24,580 nucleotides of DNA, taken from Octopus sinensis. Lineage: Eukaryota. This document shows, in pieces, positions 1-10,424 of the stretch. The notes under the pieces were generated by a model. That model was not told where the DNA came from. It did not search any database and saw only the letters and a program-made list of their open reading frames with translations. Position 1 is the first letter of the stretch; each line of letters begins with the position of its first letter. The stretch lies in NCBI RefSeq assembly GCF_006345805.1, contig NW_021836552.1, positions 1 to 24,580 of the forward strand. Reading direction: 5' to 3'. Made by a program: the position numbers and the translations under genes.

Positions 1-69
1 TACCATTGGACCAAAGCAATCCTCCGAAAATCTAAAAATTTATAAGTTCTTATGACGTCGTCAATGTAT

Positions 70-247
70 ATGTCACTCTCACTCTCTGTATATGTATATG
101 TATCTATGTATGTATTTGAATGTATGTATGGATATATAAATATATGAATAGATAAATATATATATATTATATATATATATATTATACTATATATATATAT
201 ATATTATATAATACATATATATATAATATACATATATGTATATGAAA

Positions 248-330
<83 letters not shown>
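70..330. repeat. (TA)n/(TATG)n microsatellite tract
   Basis: Near-pure TA dinucleotide run 241-330 with degenerate TA/TG repeats upstream. Confidence 0.95.
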
Positions 331-335
<5 letters not shown>

Positions 336-590
336 GAAATGAAGAAAATGCTGAAAAATAATTTAAGTAATTTAAGTAATTTAACACTATTTTGGAAATG
401 ACTGTAAATATTGACTTCACACAAACACGTTGCTTCCCGATACAGGCACAAGGCCATCAGAACTATCTTGTGCCTGTATCGGGAAGCAACGTGTTTGTGT
501 GAAGTCAATATTTACAGTCATTTCCCAAAAAATGTGTAAATTACTTAAATTACTTAAATTATTTTGTCAGCATTTTCTTCATTTCCTTTT
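331..590 (-). mobile_element. Long inverted repeat, probable PLE-derived inverted end with degenerate hammerhead-like motif
   Basis: Arms 331-452 and 467-590 are reverse complements with only a few indels or mismatches around a 14-nt spacer (gccatcagaactat). The minus strand reads CTGATGG-cc...gg-GAAG-caacgtgtt across the spacer into the left arm. The inverted repeat is certain; PLE origin is inferred. Confidence 0.6.
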
Positions 591-657
591 TATATATCAC
601 AACTCGTGTTCCACATCTTTTTTAAATATATATTATATAATATATATATATATATAT

Positions 658-831
658 GCATTCCCAGAACGCGGGATTTTTACGTTAGTGGCGTAAATAA
701 ACTTGTTTCGCGTTGGCAAAAGTGTATTGATTCTGATGGTGTTTATTTCGATTAATATAATTTTGTTTGAGCCGAGATATGTGCATCTGAATTTAAAGGT
801 TAAAAACCGCAAGAACTTTCTTGACAACCTA

Positions 832-832
<1 letters not shown>
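658..832 (+). mobile_element. Mariner (Hsmar1/cecropia-like) transposon 3' fragment: transposase C-terminus and right TIR
   Basis: The frame ending at 755 reads RTRDFYVSGVNKLVSRWQKCIDSDGVYFD*, matching the Hsmar1/SETMAR-type C-terminus (DFYATGINKLISRWQKCVDCNGSYFD*). It is followed by TIR-like aaaaccgcaagaactttcttgacaacctaa and TA at 833-834. Confidence 0.85.
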
Positions 833-833
<1 letters not shown>

Positions 834-862
<29 letters not shown>

Positions 863-876
863 TGTATGTATGTATG

Positions 877-915
<39 letters not shown>

Positions 916-1008
916 GTATGCATCTATGTATATATGCGTGTATGTATGTTACCTATCTCTTTCCTTCTCTGTCTGTATGTCTATCTGTCTGTCTGTCTGT
1001 CTCTCTCT

Positions 1009-1045
<37 letters not shown>

Positions 1046-1140
1046 CGTATTCAGACACATACACATACAAGCACGTATATATACATATACATATTCAGAC
1101 ACACACACATACAAACACGTATACATACGTACATATACAA
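834..1140. repeat. Compound microsatellite (TATG)n/(TA)n/(TCTG)n/(CA)n
   Basis: Direct inspection. Confidence 0.95.
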
Positions 1141-1258
1141 AAATGAGCTATGAAAAATAACTCGGAATACTGCAAGCGAAGCAGTATTAGATTCAGACAA
1201 ATTTACCGCATACAACGGGTTTTCAATCAGCCGGACGGCTAACTGCAACACCTAAGCG

Positions 1259-1637
1259 TGGAGGCGCAATGGCCCAGTGGTTAGGGCAGCGGACTCGCGG
1301 TCATAGGATCGCGGTTTCGATTCCCAGACCGGGCGTTGTGAGTGTTTATTGAGCGAAAACACCCCTAAAGCTCACGAGGCTCCGGCAGGGGATGGTGGTG
1401 ATCCTGCTGTTCTTTCACCACAACTTTCTCTCACTCTTACTTCCTGTTTCTGTGTACCTGTATTTCAAAGGGGCCGCCTTGTCACTCTCTGTGTCACGCT
1501 GAATATCCCCGAGAACTACGTTAAGGGTACACGTGTCTGTGGAGTGCTCAGCCACTACACGTTAATTTCACGAGCAGGCTGTTCCGTTGATTCGGATCAA
1601 CCGGAACCCTCGTCGTCGTAACCGACGGAGTGCTTCC
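1259..1637 (+). mobile_element. tRNA-derived SINE, family A (full length)
   Basis: Head has A-box-like tggcccagtgg and B-box-like ggtttcgattccc. The ~380-bp sequence recurs at 2891, 10425, 11590, 14895 and 15948. Possible imperfect TSD taactgca(a/t)cacc. Confidence 0.9.
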
Positions 1638-1729
1638 GTCCGTAACTGCATCACCACTGATTGCTTATTCGTTGTCTTCGCATATATCAGTAGTGACGGA
1701 TTTCGTCTAAGCAAGCTGGCTGTAAGTAC

Positions 1730-1838
1730 ACATCGAATGACGTGTTTTGCTCAAGAACAGAACGCACCGCCTTTTCCGGGATTTGAAACCACGATTTGGC
1801 GATCATGGGTGCAAGTGCCTAACCATTAGGCCACGCGC
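1730..1838 (-). mobile_element. Diverged tRNA-headed CORE-like SINE 5' fragment
   Basis: Minus strand ggcgcgtggcctaatggttagg...ggtttcaaatccc followed by tgttcttgagcaaaacac, similar to the head and CORE of the element at 8604-8929. Confidence 0.65.
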
Positions 1839-1889
1839 CAACGCACATGCATTCTACATAATGTATCGTATGCACTTTTATCGCAGGAT

Positions 1890-2064
1890 AACACATGCAC
1901 ATGTATAAAATATTTTTGTATATATGTGTATGTATTTATGTGTGTATGTATGTACATATAGATCAGGTATACACACATATATGCTTGTATATATGTATAT
2001 ATATATATATGTTTGCATGTATATATGTATGTGTGTGTGTGTGTACATTTGGATTACTGCAAAC

Positions 2065-2106
<42 letters not shown>

Positions 2107-2120
2107 GGGCGCACGTACAC
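1890..2120. repeat. Compound (TA)n/(TG)n/(CA)n microsatellite
   Basis: Direct inspection. Confidence 0.9.
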
Positions 2121-2320
2121 ACAATTGTAATCTCAGTGTAGACGACACGAACGTAGTCCAAGCGAACAGACGTAAGAACCTCGTCAGTTCTCAACACTGT
2201 GGAGTCTCCTGGGAAATGCACGAGGCTGGTATGTATTTAAAAGCCATTCAATACTATTTCACTGCTAAATAGAAACTCCTAAAATCGGAGAGGTCGCCGG
2301 CAGAGACGACGATAGATCTC

Positions 2321-2340
2321 CACGTGACTTGCTGACGTCA
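2321..2340. promoter_or_regulatory. Adjacent E-box (CACGTGAC) and full palindromic CRE (TGACGTCA)
   Basis: cacgtgac 2321-2328 and tgacgtca 2333-2340, in non-repetitive, locally CpG-rich sequence. Motif match only. Confidence 0.3.
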
Positions 2341-2833
2341 GTCATTTATTTACTCATTTGTTTATTTACTGTTGTTGTTTTTGTTGTTGTTTGTTGTTTT
2401 GTTCGTCGTCTTCTTCTTCTTCTTCTTCTTCTAAAATATTGTCGTAATTTTTGTAAGAATATGAATGGAATATGAGCACCAGTAAGGTCAACGTACCAAA
2501 AATGGAGAGTAAAAAAAGCAAAAACACTTTCGGTGAGGCGAGGCCATATCGCCGCGCGTTCATTGTTTTTGTTCAACCCTAGGACTTTCCTTACGAGCAA
2601 ACCTATGCCCAAAGGGCATTCCAGTTGTGATTATCAAGTCACCGGAGAGAAATTTGGCTGCTATTTCTAGCAGATTGAATGGAACACTTAGAACAGGAAT
2701 AAACAATATTTTTTCCGAGAAAGAGGCCGTATGAGATACGATTCACCACCAGGCAGTCCGAAGTACTAAAAAGAATTCATGATAAGTTTTCGTTAGGCGT
2801 GCCATTCAAGAAGCTCCGCGGGCCGCGATTTAC

Positions 2834-2863
2834 CCATGATTGACGTAGAAGCTTCCTCTACGG
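2834..2863 (-). CDS. Speculative 30-nt internal exon (RRGSFYVNHG)
   Basis: Minus-strand acceptor tctgttacgcag| and donor tgg|gtaaat. Phase-compatible and stop-free if spliced to the 4676-4860 candidate exon. No homology recognised. Confidence 0.2.
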
Positions 2864-2890
2864 CTGCGTAACAGATATAAGCCTAGGTGG

Positions 2891-3267
2891 AGGCGCAATG
2901 GCCCAGTGGTTAGGGCAGCGGACTCGCGGTCGTAGGATCGCGGTTTCGATTCCCAGACCGGGCGTTGTGAGTGTTTATTGAGCGAAACACCTAAAGCTCC
3001 ACACGAGGTCCGGCAGGGATTGTGGTGATCCCTGCTGTACTCTTTCACCACAACTTTCTCTCACTCCTTACTTCCTGTTTTTGTTGTACCTGTATTTCAA
3101 AGGCCGGCCTGTCACTCTCTGTGTCACGCTGAATATCCCCGAGAACTACGTTAAGGGTGCACGTGTCTGTGGAGTGCTCAGCCACTTACACGTTAATTTC
3201 ACGAGCAGGCTGTTCTGTTGATCGGATCAACCGGAACCCTCGTCGTCGTAACCGACGGAGTGCTTCC
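2891..3267 (+). mobile_element. SINE family A with 14-bp TSD
   Basis: Full-length family A copy. ataagcctaggtgg is duplicated at 2877-2890 and 3268-3281. Confidence 0.92.
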
Positions 3268-3524
3268 ATAAGCCTAGGTGGTTAGACACCACACACACAC
3301 ACACACATACACACACACACACACAGCTGACCACTCGAGGCATGAGTGCTCAGTTGTCTAATTAGCCAGATGATCAACTCATTGCTCACTGAATGAGCAC
3401 GCTAGGTGGCTGCGTATTCCGAAGGCGCGTATACCCTCAACGCAATTCCCAAATGGAATCAACATGATACAATGTGTCAAGGCTTTGCCTTCGGAATTAC
3501 TAGTACAGTCCATCCGTGGGGCTT

Positions 3525-3672
3525 CTACATAGTTTCCGCCCATCAAGGTCCACTCACGGGGTTTGGATCGACCTGACGCTATGGAAAAAGCTTGTTAGAC
3601 AAGACGTCATACAAAGGGATTGAAACCGGGACTTTGTGGTTGCAAAAGAGGATTTTTAATCACTCATCCATA
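3525..3672 (-). mobile_element. Old, highly diverged family B-like SINE 5' half
   Basis: agtttccgcc...ccactcacggggtttgg...gggattgaaaccgggactttgtggttg aligns loosely to the family B head (compare 12445-12594). Confidence 0.55.
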
Positions 3673-3725
3673 ATTGAGATGTGTGTGTGTGTATGTATTT
3701 ATGCATGTATGTTTGTTTGCTTCTT

Positions 3726-3955
3726 ATTTCTTTACTACCTTCAAGGGGCTACACAGAGAGGGGACAAACAAGAACAGACAAACAGATTAAGTCGATTATA
3801 CGGACCCCAGTGCGTAACTGGTACTTATTTAATCGATCCCGAAAGGATAAAAGGCAGTCGACCTCGGCGGAATTTGAACTCAGAACGTAGCGGCAGACGA
3901 TATACTGCTAAGCATTTCACACGGCTTGCTAACGTTTCTGCCAGCTCGCCGCCTT
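3726..3955 (-). mobile_element. tRNA-derived SINE family C (Meta/MESC-like central domain) with 16-bp TSD
   Basis: Same element as 21449-21688 and 23687-23913. TSD tgtttgtttgcttctt at 3710-3725 and 3956-3971. The central cttttatcctttcgggatcgattaaataagtaccag resembles the Meta-SINE domain (assigned from recall). Confidence 0.88.
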
Positions 3956-4244
3956 TGTTTGTTTGCTTCTTGTTACTACTTTCACCCTCCGCAAAAAAAA
4001 AAAATCCCAAATTTTATTTAATTTGCTTTGCGGGAAGGACTGTTTCAACGAAGTCGCGTATTGTCCTTGCCTTCGGTAAAAGCGGAGTAGATGAAACAGG
4101 GACAATTGATGAAGGGGATTATTCTTTATGTTGCATGTCTCGTTTCTCTGGGTTTTTTTCGTTGTTCGAAAAAAAAGGTTCGTTTTCTATGTTTTTGTTT
4201 TTATGCTTCTTTTCTCATTGCGTTCAACGATTTTTTTATGTCCT

Positions 4245-4329
4245 ATACCCATATATGCATTTATATATACATATATATGTAGTATGTACATATATGTATG
4301 CATATATGCATATATATATGTATATATAT

Positions 4330-4374
<45 letters not shown>

Positions 4375-4600
4375 TATATATCTATATAGCTAGCTAGATA
4401 GATAGATAGAAAGATAGATAAACGACACAAAATGAAATTATTATTATTATTATTGTTATTATTATTATTATTGTTGTTGTTGTTGTTGTTGTTATTATTA
4501 TTGTTGCTGTTGTTGTTGTTGTTGTTGTTGTTGTTGCTGTTGTTGTTATTATTATTATTATTTTTATTATTATTACAGTTGTTGTTATTATTTTATTCTT
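4245..4600. repeat. (TA)n, (TAGA)n and (TTA)n/(TTG)n microsatellites
   Basis: Direct inspection. Confidence 0.95.
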
Positions 4601-4675
4601 TTTCTTTTAAAATTAGATTTTTGTCGGCGCTCCCGGAGTCTTGCATGCGTAGCGGGCTTGCTGCTTGCAGCCTAC

Positions 4676-4860
4676 GGAACCACGCTATCTTCTTTCAATA
4701 ACCTAATGCTTTCCTGATGATTCCGGCCGTCCCAAAGAGGTAAATCCTTTTGTAACAGATCTATTGAGCACTGTACTCCGATTTCCTTTATATTCCTCTT
4801 GATACTGTCCCCAAAGACCCAATAATAATTGGCACTATCTTCACTTTCTTCATTTTCCAT
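4676..4860 (-). CDS. Candidate first coding exon of an unidentified gene (MENEESEDSANYYWVFGD...RLLKEDSVVP)
   Basis: Non-repetitive 62-codon ORF with protein-like composition. ATG is in gctATGg context after an in-frame stop. A possible donor cc|gtaggc lies just before the stop, the surroundings are CpG-rich, and a YY1-like motif lies ~250 bp upstream. No family recognised. Confidence 0.4.
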
Positions 4861-5105
4861 AGCCGGTCTATATCGTATTTAACAGGAGCGTTTATGTATA
4901 TTTTTTTTCGCCTTCCTCCTCTGCTTTCTTAATTTTTTAATTCTTTTCATTATTATTATTTTGTGGAAAGAGGACGTAACCAAAAGGTTAGGACTCACAG
5001 CGAAAATACAGTTTCATCTGACAAGATCATATAACCGCCAACCCTCGCAATGGTTCAACCTACATAGTTACGAATTCATATCGACACGACCAGCTGTTAG
5101 CTTGG

Positions 5106-5123
5106 TCTCTTTCCGCCATTTTG
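5106..5123. promoter_or_regulatory. YY1-type motif (CAAAATGGCGG on minus strand) overlapping a pyrimidine tract; possible promoter-proximal element
   Basis: ctctttccgccattttg, with ccgccattttg at 5113-5123, in unique CpG-enriched sequence upstream of the 4860 ATG. Confidence 0.35.
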
Positions 5124-5358
5124 AATTTGTGTGTCGTACTTCGCCGCCCACACTGTTCCTACCGTCGTAGAAATATTTAGAAAAACAAAAAATAGAAAAG
5201 AAAACTGGGAGAAACTCAACACCCGTTGAAAACTAACAAAAAGAGAAAAAAAAATAGAAAGATGAATAAATAAACAAGTAAACAAACGAACGGTATTCTT
5301 TGATTGTTCTAGAATAGACGTAGGCTTATTGAGAGAGAAATGCAAGCCAGCCTAAGCC

Positions 5359-5964
5359 CTACTCTCTTACTCTTTACTCTTTTACTTGTTTCAGTCATTT
5401 GACTGTGGCCATGCTGGAGCACCGCCTTTAGTCGAGGAAATCGACCCCATGTTGGAGCACCACCTTTAGATGAGCAAATCGACCCCATGCTGGAGCACCA
5501 CCTTTAGTCGAGCAATTCGACCCCAGGATTTATTCTTTGTAAGCCTAGTACTTATTCTGTCGGTCTCTTTTGCCGAACTGCGAGGCCATATCGCCGCGTT
5601 CATTGTTTTTGTTCAACCCTAGGACTTTCCTTACTGTGCAAACCTATGCCCAAAGGCATTCCAGTTGTGATTATCAAGTCACCGGAGAGAAATTTGGCTG
5701 CTATTTGCCGAACTGCTAAGTTACGGGGACGTAAACACACCAGCGTCGGTTGTCAAGCGATGTTGGGGGGATCAAACACAGAAACACAAACATACACACA
5801 CACATACATACATATATACATATATACGACAGGCTTCTTTTCAGTTTCCGTCTACCAAATCCACTCACGAGGCTGTGGTCGGCCCGAAGTGCCATGCAGT
5901 GGGACTGAACCCGGAACTATGTGGTTGGTAAGCAAACTACTTACCACACAGCTACTCCTACGCC
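5359..5964 (-). mobile_element. tRNA/CORE-like SINE family B with internal 38-bp triplication and a 122-bp insertion
   Basis: Head ggcgtaggagtagctgtgtggtaag at 5964, internal TA/TG microsatellite, (taaaagag)n-type tail at ~5359. Homologous to 12163, 13998 and 22248. Confidence 0.9.
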
Positions 5965-6009
5965 TACTGTTTTTTTTGTATCACCTACCTTACCTAAAAG
6001 ACCAGTCTT

Positions 6010-6071
6010 AAGCTGCTACTGTTACTACTGTTACAAAACAACACAACAACACTACTACAACAACAACAACA

Positions 6072-6116
<45 letters not shown>

Positions 6117-6348
6117 GTTCATAATGTGATGCTTTGTTATTGCTGCATTTGATGATAATTGTGCTTTACTGTTGTAGGTTTTTTTTTATCCTATCTACTA
6201 TATGATTATTATTGTTGTTGTAATTGTTGCTATTATCGTTATTACTGTTGTTATTGATATTATTATAATTATTATTATTATTATTATTGTTGTTGTTGTT
6301 GTTATTATTATTATTATTGTTGTTGTTGTTGTTAATATTATTATTTAC

Positions 6349-6384
<36 letters not shown>

Positions 6385-6576
6385 CATTATTATTATTATT
6401 TTTATTTTTATTATTATTGTTATTATTTGTTTTATATTATTTATTAATATTATTATTATTATTATTATTATTATTTTTATTTTTATTATTATTATTATTA
6501 TTATATTATTATTTTTATTATTATTGTTTCTTATTTTATTATTATTGTTATTATTATTATATTATATTATTATTAT

Positions 6577-6636
<60 letters not shown>

Positions 6637-6679
6637 TTTATTTTTATTATATGTGTATTATTTTATTATTATGTTATTA

Positions 6680-6724
<45 letters not shown>

Positions 6725-7055
6725 TATTATTATTATTTTTTATTTTATGATTATTGTTATTAATATTATTATTATTATATTATTATTATTATTATTATTG
6801 TTAATTAGCTTATTTTTATTATTATTGTTAGTAATATTATTATTATTTATTATTATTATTAATATTATTATTTATTATTACATTTTATTATATTTTTATT
6901 TTTATTATTGGGATTAATATTAGATTATATTATTATTATTGGTTATTAATATTATTATATTATTATTATTTATTATTAGTATTATTATTATTATGATTAT
7001 TATTATTATTATTATTATTATTATTTTTATTATTTTGTTATTATATTATTACTAC
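6010..7055. repeat. ~1 kb trinucleotide microsatellite block (AAC)n/(ACT)n/(ATT)n
   Basis: Direct inspection; source of the poly-I/L/Y ORFs. Confidence 0.95.
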
Positions 7056-7424
7056 TACAGCATTGCATTTGTTTGTCGACAGCTAGATTTGTGCGTATAT
7101 GCGATTTGTACAGTCATAACATGCCCCACCTCTGATTTAGCGTGAAACTGAGACAGTACATGAGGGTAGATACATGGGCCGGGGTTGTCGGTAGACATTA
7201 CAATTGGTCCCTTCACACGTACATAATTTAATACAGCATTCATGCACATCCGTATATACATATACCTATAGTTATACGTATTTTGCCGCGGTATCATCTT
7301 AACCAACATACTCGTATTTATCTACATATATATATATCTATATATATATATATATATACTGAAATGCGTTTTTTACCGCTAGGATCGCTTTCAATGCCAC
7401 TACGTCCCGTCCGATTCGCTCCAA

Positions 7425-8011
7425 AATTTACAGGGACATGTAGAATGGGGTGGCGATGCCCATGGGCTACCTTATAAATCCCTATCTTAAAAGGTGTGGT
7501 TGCTAGGGGCCATCTTCCTCACTCACGCTATTTCCTCCATTCCCCCCTAACTCCCCTTCATTCGTACTTTGACAAGTCCACTCCCGTTATTTAATGTAAA
7601 GTTCGTCAGACGGTGTTCTTTGATGTATCTGTCTGCATTCATAGGGAGAATTATCATCGCCACACGCCACCACCAACACACAATCATGAGAACAAATATT
7701 ATGAATCAGATATTCATTGCGTTCATTTATATATGTGTGTGTGTGTGTGTGTGTGTTCGATATATATATATGTATATATAATGTATATATACAAAGTGTA
7801 TATATCTGTATTTATGTATATTAAACTTTTTAATACTTTTTGATAGTTATATATATATATTTTAAACAAATTATAAATATAATTTAATAATTTTTATTTT
7901 AAATTTAAATAATTTAAATTTTTCAATTTTATATATTTTCTATATTATATTTTTTTAATTTACAGGGACATGTAAAATGAGGTGACGATGCCCGTGGGCT
8001 ACCTTAGAAAT
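7425..8011 (+). repeat. 55-bp direct repeat pair (7425-7479 and 7957-8011)
   Basis: aatttacagggacatgta(g/a)aatg(g/a)ggtg(g/a)cgatgccc(a/g)tgggctacctta(t/g)aaat; 5 mismatches, 532 bp apart. Confidence 0.85.
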
Positions 8012-8527
8012 ATACATGTGTATACATTACACATGTATATATATATATGTATACCATTTAATATATATGTATACACATAATATATACAATGTATATATAT
8101 ACGTGTATAGACACATCTTTAATTAAACTATTGACCGCCTTAAAACGGATTTCAACAGACAAATATTACTATAATGGCGGAATGAAATGTATTTATTTAT
8201 AAACTTTAAACTGAACTTCAATTGTTTTATAAACCTAACAGCGTGGTGGTACGTAAATAAACGGCGTAAATTAACGAAGGTATAAACGCACGTAAATACA
8301 CGAAATTGACGTACTTTCACTTCTGACAGCTAACAGCATGACAGTCTGGGTCAACAGTTCGTTTCCGCGGAGGATATGGAAATTTCTATTACTCGTCAGA
8401 GAAATAACTACAGCAAGCTCACAACTATTTCAACAAAGACAAGATTACCTGCTTACCAGTCGAATTCAGCGTCAACGCTCACGTATGAGAGAGACTCCAA
8501 CTCACACACACACACACACACATATAT

Positions 8528-8562
<35 letters not shown>

Positions 8563-8603
8563 GATTATATATATTATATATATTATATTATATATATATA
8601 TAT

Positions 8604-8929
8604 AAAAGACCCCTTCGGTCATGAATGACCATGGGATTGCACCCGAAAAGTTACCCTCCTAGACACAAGTCCGGGCAAGGTTGTTTATGGAAGACCAGCA
8701 GTCGCCCATGCATACCAGCCTCCCCTCTCCACACCACCAGTGTTATCCAAGGGAAAGACAAAGGTCGATACAAGCTGGCACGAGTGACGTCGCAACTCAT
8801 TTCTACAGCTGAGTGAACTGAGCAACGTGAAATAAAGTGCCTTGCTCAAGAACACAACACGCAGCCCGGTCCGGGATTCGAGCTCACAACCCTACGATCG
8901 TAAGCTCGACGCTCTAACCACTGAGCCAT
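8604..8929 (-). mobile_element. tRNA(Arg-like)-CORE SINE family D (octopus OR-like)
   Basis: Minus strand atggctcagtggttagagcgtcgagcttacgatc...gagctcgaatccc head, then CORE-like gtgttcttgagcaaggcactttatttcac...cagctgtagaaatgag. Embedded in (TA)n. The OR assignment is from recall. Confidence 0.8.
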
Positions 8930-9149
8930 ATATATATATATATATATATTCAGACCTATGTTAAAAGTGCTGGCAAGTTTGCATGACAACTATTTTTTTC
9001 CTCAAATGAAAGGCGTGACCTCTAGGACAAAATTCCTCATCTTATAAAATGTGGCCCCAGTAGACCCGAATGAAATCGGGTTATATTAACCAAATTGTGA
9101 AAAGGGGTCTAAATGGGGCTGGAAGGGGATTAAAATTTAAATGAGCGAG

Positions 9150-9400
9150 TGTTTAGGAATTCTCTGTTACATCAAGCTAAAAGATTTGCGCCAGCCTTTT
9201 AATCGTCAATGTATTGCTGTCCATGATAAAGAAGTTTTGAATGCTTGCTATGGTGAGTCTACTGTCGTGAGAAAGAATCACTTCAAAACTTGGTGTTTAC
9301 GAATTTTCTTTTACATCAAGTTCAAAATTTTACGCCAGCCGTTAAACTGTCAATATGTTGCTGTCCGTCGTTAAGAAATGCAGCCATGGTGACTCTACTA
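9150..9400 (+). repeat. Degenerate 144-bp tandem duplication, possibly a decayed mariner-type transposase N-terminus
   Basis: ttacatcaag...cgccagcc...tgctgtcc...atggtga(g/c)tctact repeated at 9167 and 9311. The translation LNACYGESTV weakly recalls mariner HTH (..YGE.TV). Duplication solid, identity weak. Confidence 0.45.
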
Positions 9401-9726
9401 TCCTCAGATTCCATCCCTTCAAACTTTGGTTTCCAATATTTTATAATTTTTATTCAGCTCGCAAGTTCGTCTGTCCCTTTTAAATGTTAGCGTTTTGCTG
9501 TCTGCCTTGAAGCAGACCTTTCCGTTGCCACTGCCTGATATTTGTGATTGATCTTTCTAAATATTTTATTTCTAAACTTACTCAAGATCTTTTGTTGTTT
9601 ATAAATGGGAGAGAGATAGATAAAGATAGAGACTAAGAGAAAGCGAGGGAGAATCCGAGAGAAAGAAAAGTAAGAGAGTGGGAAAGTGAGAGAGAAAGGA
9701 GAGAGAAACAAAGAGGGAGAATCCTT

Positions 9727-10030
9727 ATCATCATCATCGATTAACGTCCGTTTTCCGTGCTAGCACGGGTTGGACAGTTTGACCGGGGTCTGGGAAGCCA
9801 GGAGGCTGCACCAGGCTCCAGTCTGATCTGGAAGTGTTTCTACAGGTGGATGACCTTCCTAACGCCAACCACTCTGTGAGTGTAGTGGGTGCTTTTTTCG
9901 TGCCGCCGGCACAGGTGCCAGGGGAGCTAGCAGCGGCAACGATCGTTTGTGCTTTTTACGTGCCACCGGCACAGAAGCCAGTCAGGCGGCGCTGCAATCG
10001 GCCACGTTTTTTTTTTTTACGTGCCAGGAA
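9727..10030 (-). mobile_element. SINE/LINE 3' portion (family E) with (GAT)n tail and internal degenerate repeats
   Basis: Minus strand ends ...ggaaaacggacgttaatcgatgatgatgat. It contains gttggcgttaggaagg.catcca and three gtgcttttt.cgtgcc-like units. A microsatellite tail is typical of RTE/L2-mobilised elements. Confidence 0.6.
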
Positions 10031-10374
10031 GCAACAGAAAGTAACACCCACTCTTACCCGCAGAGCGGGTCACCTTCACAGTATATATATATATTATATA
10101 TATAATATATATATATATAGATATAGAGATATTTCCTCTTGCATCTTCTATAGTGCATGCATTTGTATGTATGTGGAAATATGTATGAGTGCGTATGGGT
10201 ATCTACATACGTACGTGAGTGTATGTATGAATATATGCGTGTATGTATGTACGTATATACTAATTCTTACATACACAAACACATACACACACATATGTAT
10301 GCATACCCACACATTGCTCATACATATAGACACACATACACACTTGTATGATACTCTTAATCTGAAGGCTAACA

Positions 10375-10415
<41 letters not shown>

Positions 10416-10424
10416 CATAGTGTT

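Noticed and set aside
182-1160. ORFs rich in YI/CMYV repeats (also 4128-4701, 6166-7145, 18761-19330, 20262-20645)
   Set aside because: Translations of microsatellites, not genes. Only the mariner C-terminal segment in 564-755 is meaningful.
1259-1335. tRNA-like sequences at SINE heads (also 8850-8929, 15200-15280, 24171-24245)
   Set aside because: No intact acceptor stem or terminator, and each continues into a repeated SINE body.
1349-1621. Recurrent ORFs such as MSENTPKAHE..., MIRINRNPRRRNRRSAS and MPRSGTEPGTMW...
   Set aside because: They recur only because they lie within SINE copies, and frames are broken between copies.
2136-2228. Possible plus-strand 93-nt exon (ctcag|...ctg|gtatgt)
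   Set aside because: Weak pyrimidine tract, unrecognised peptide and no partner exon.
4040-4240. Possible further PLE/hammerhead remnant (ttgatgaagggg; gaaacagtcctt on the minus strand)
   Set aside because: Core boxes are in the wrong order or mutated and no consistent three-stem fold could be drawn.
5072-5119. Minus-strand mini-exon MAERDQANSWSCRYEF with donor gtaact
   Set aside because: Its phase-0 donor has no in-frame acceptor before the 4860 ORF, so the ATG may just be part of the YY1 motif.
8338-8500. Short plus-strand ORFs (MTVWVNSSF..., MEISITRQR...)
   Set aside because: No recognisable family, weak splice signals, and they run into microsatellite.
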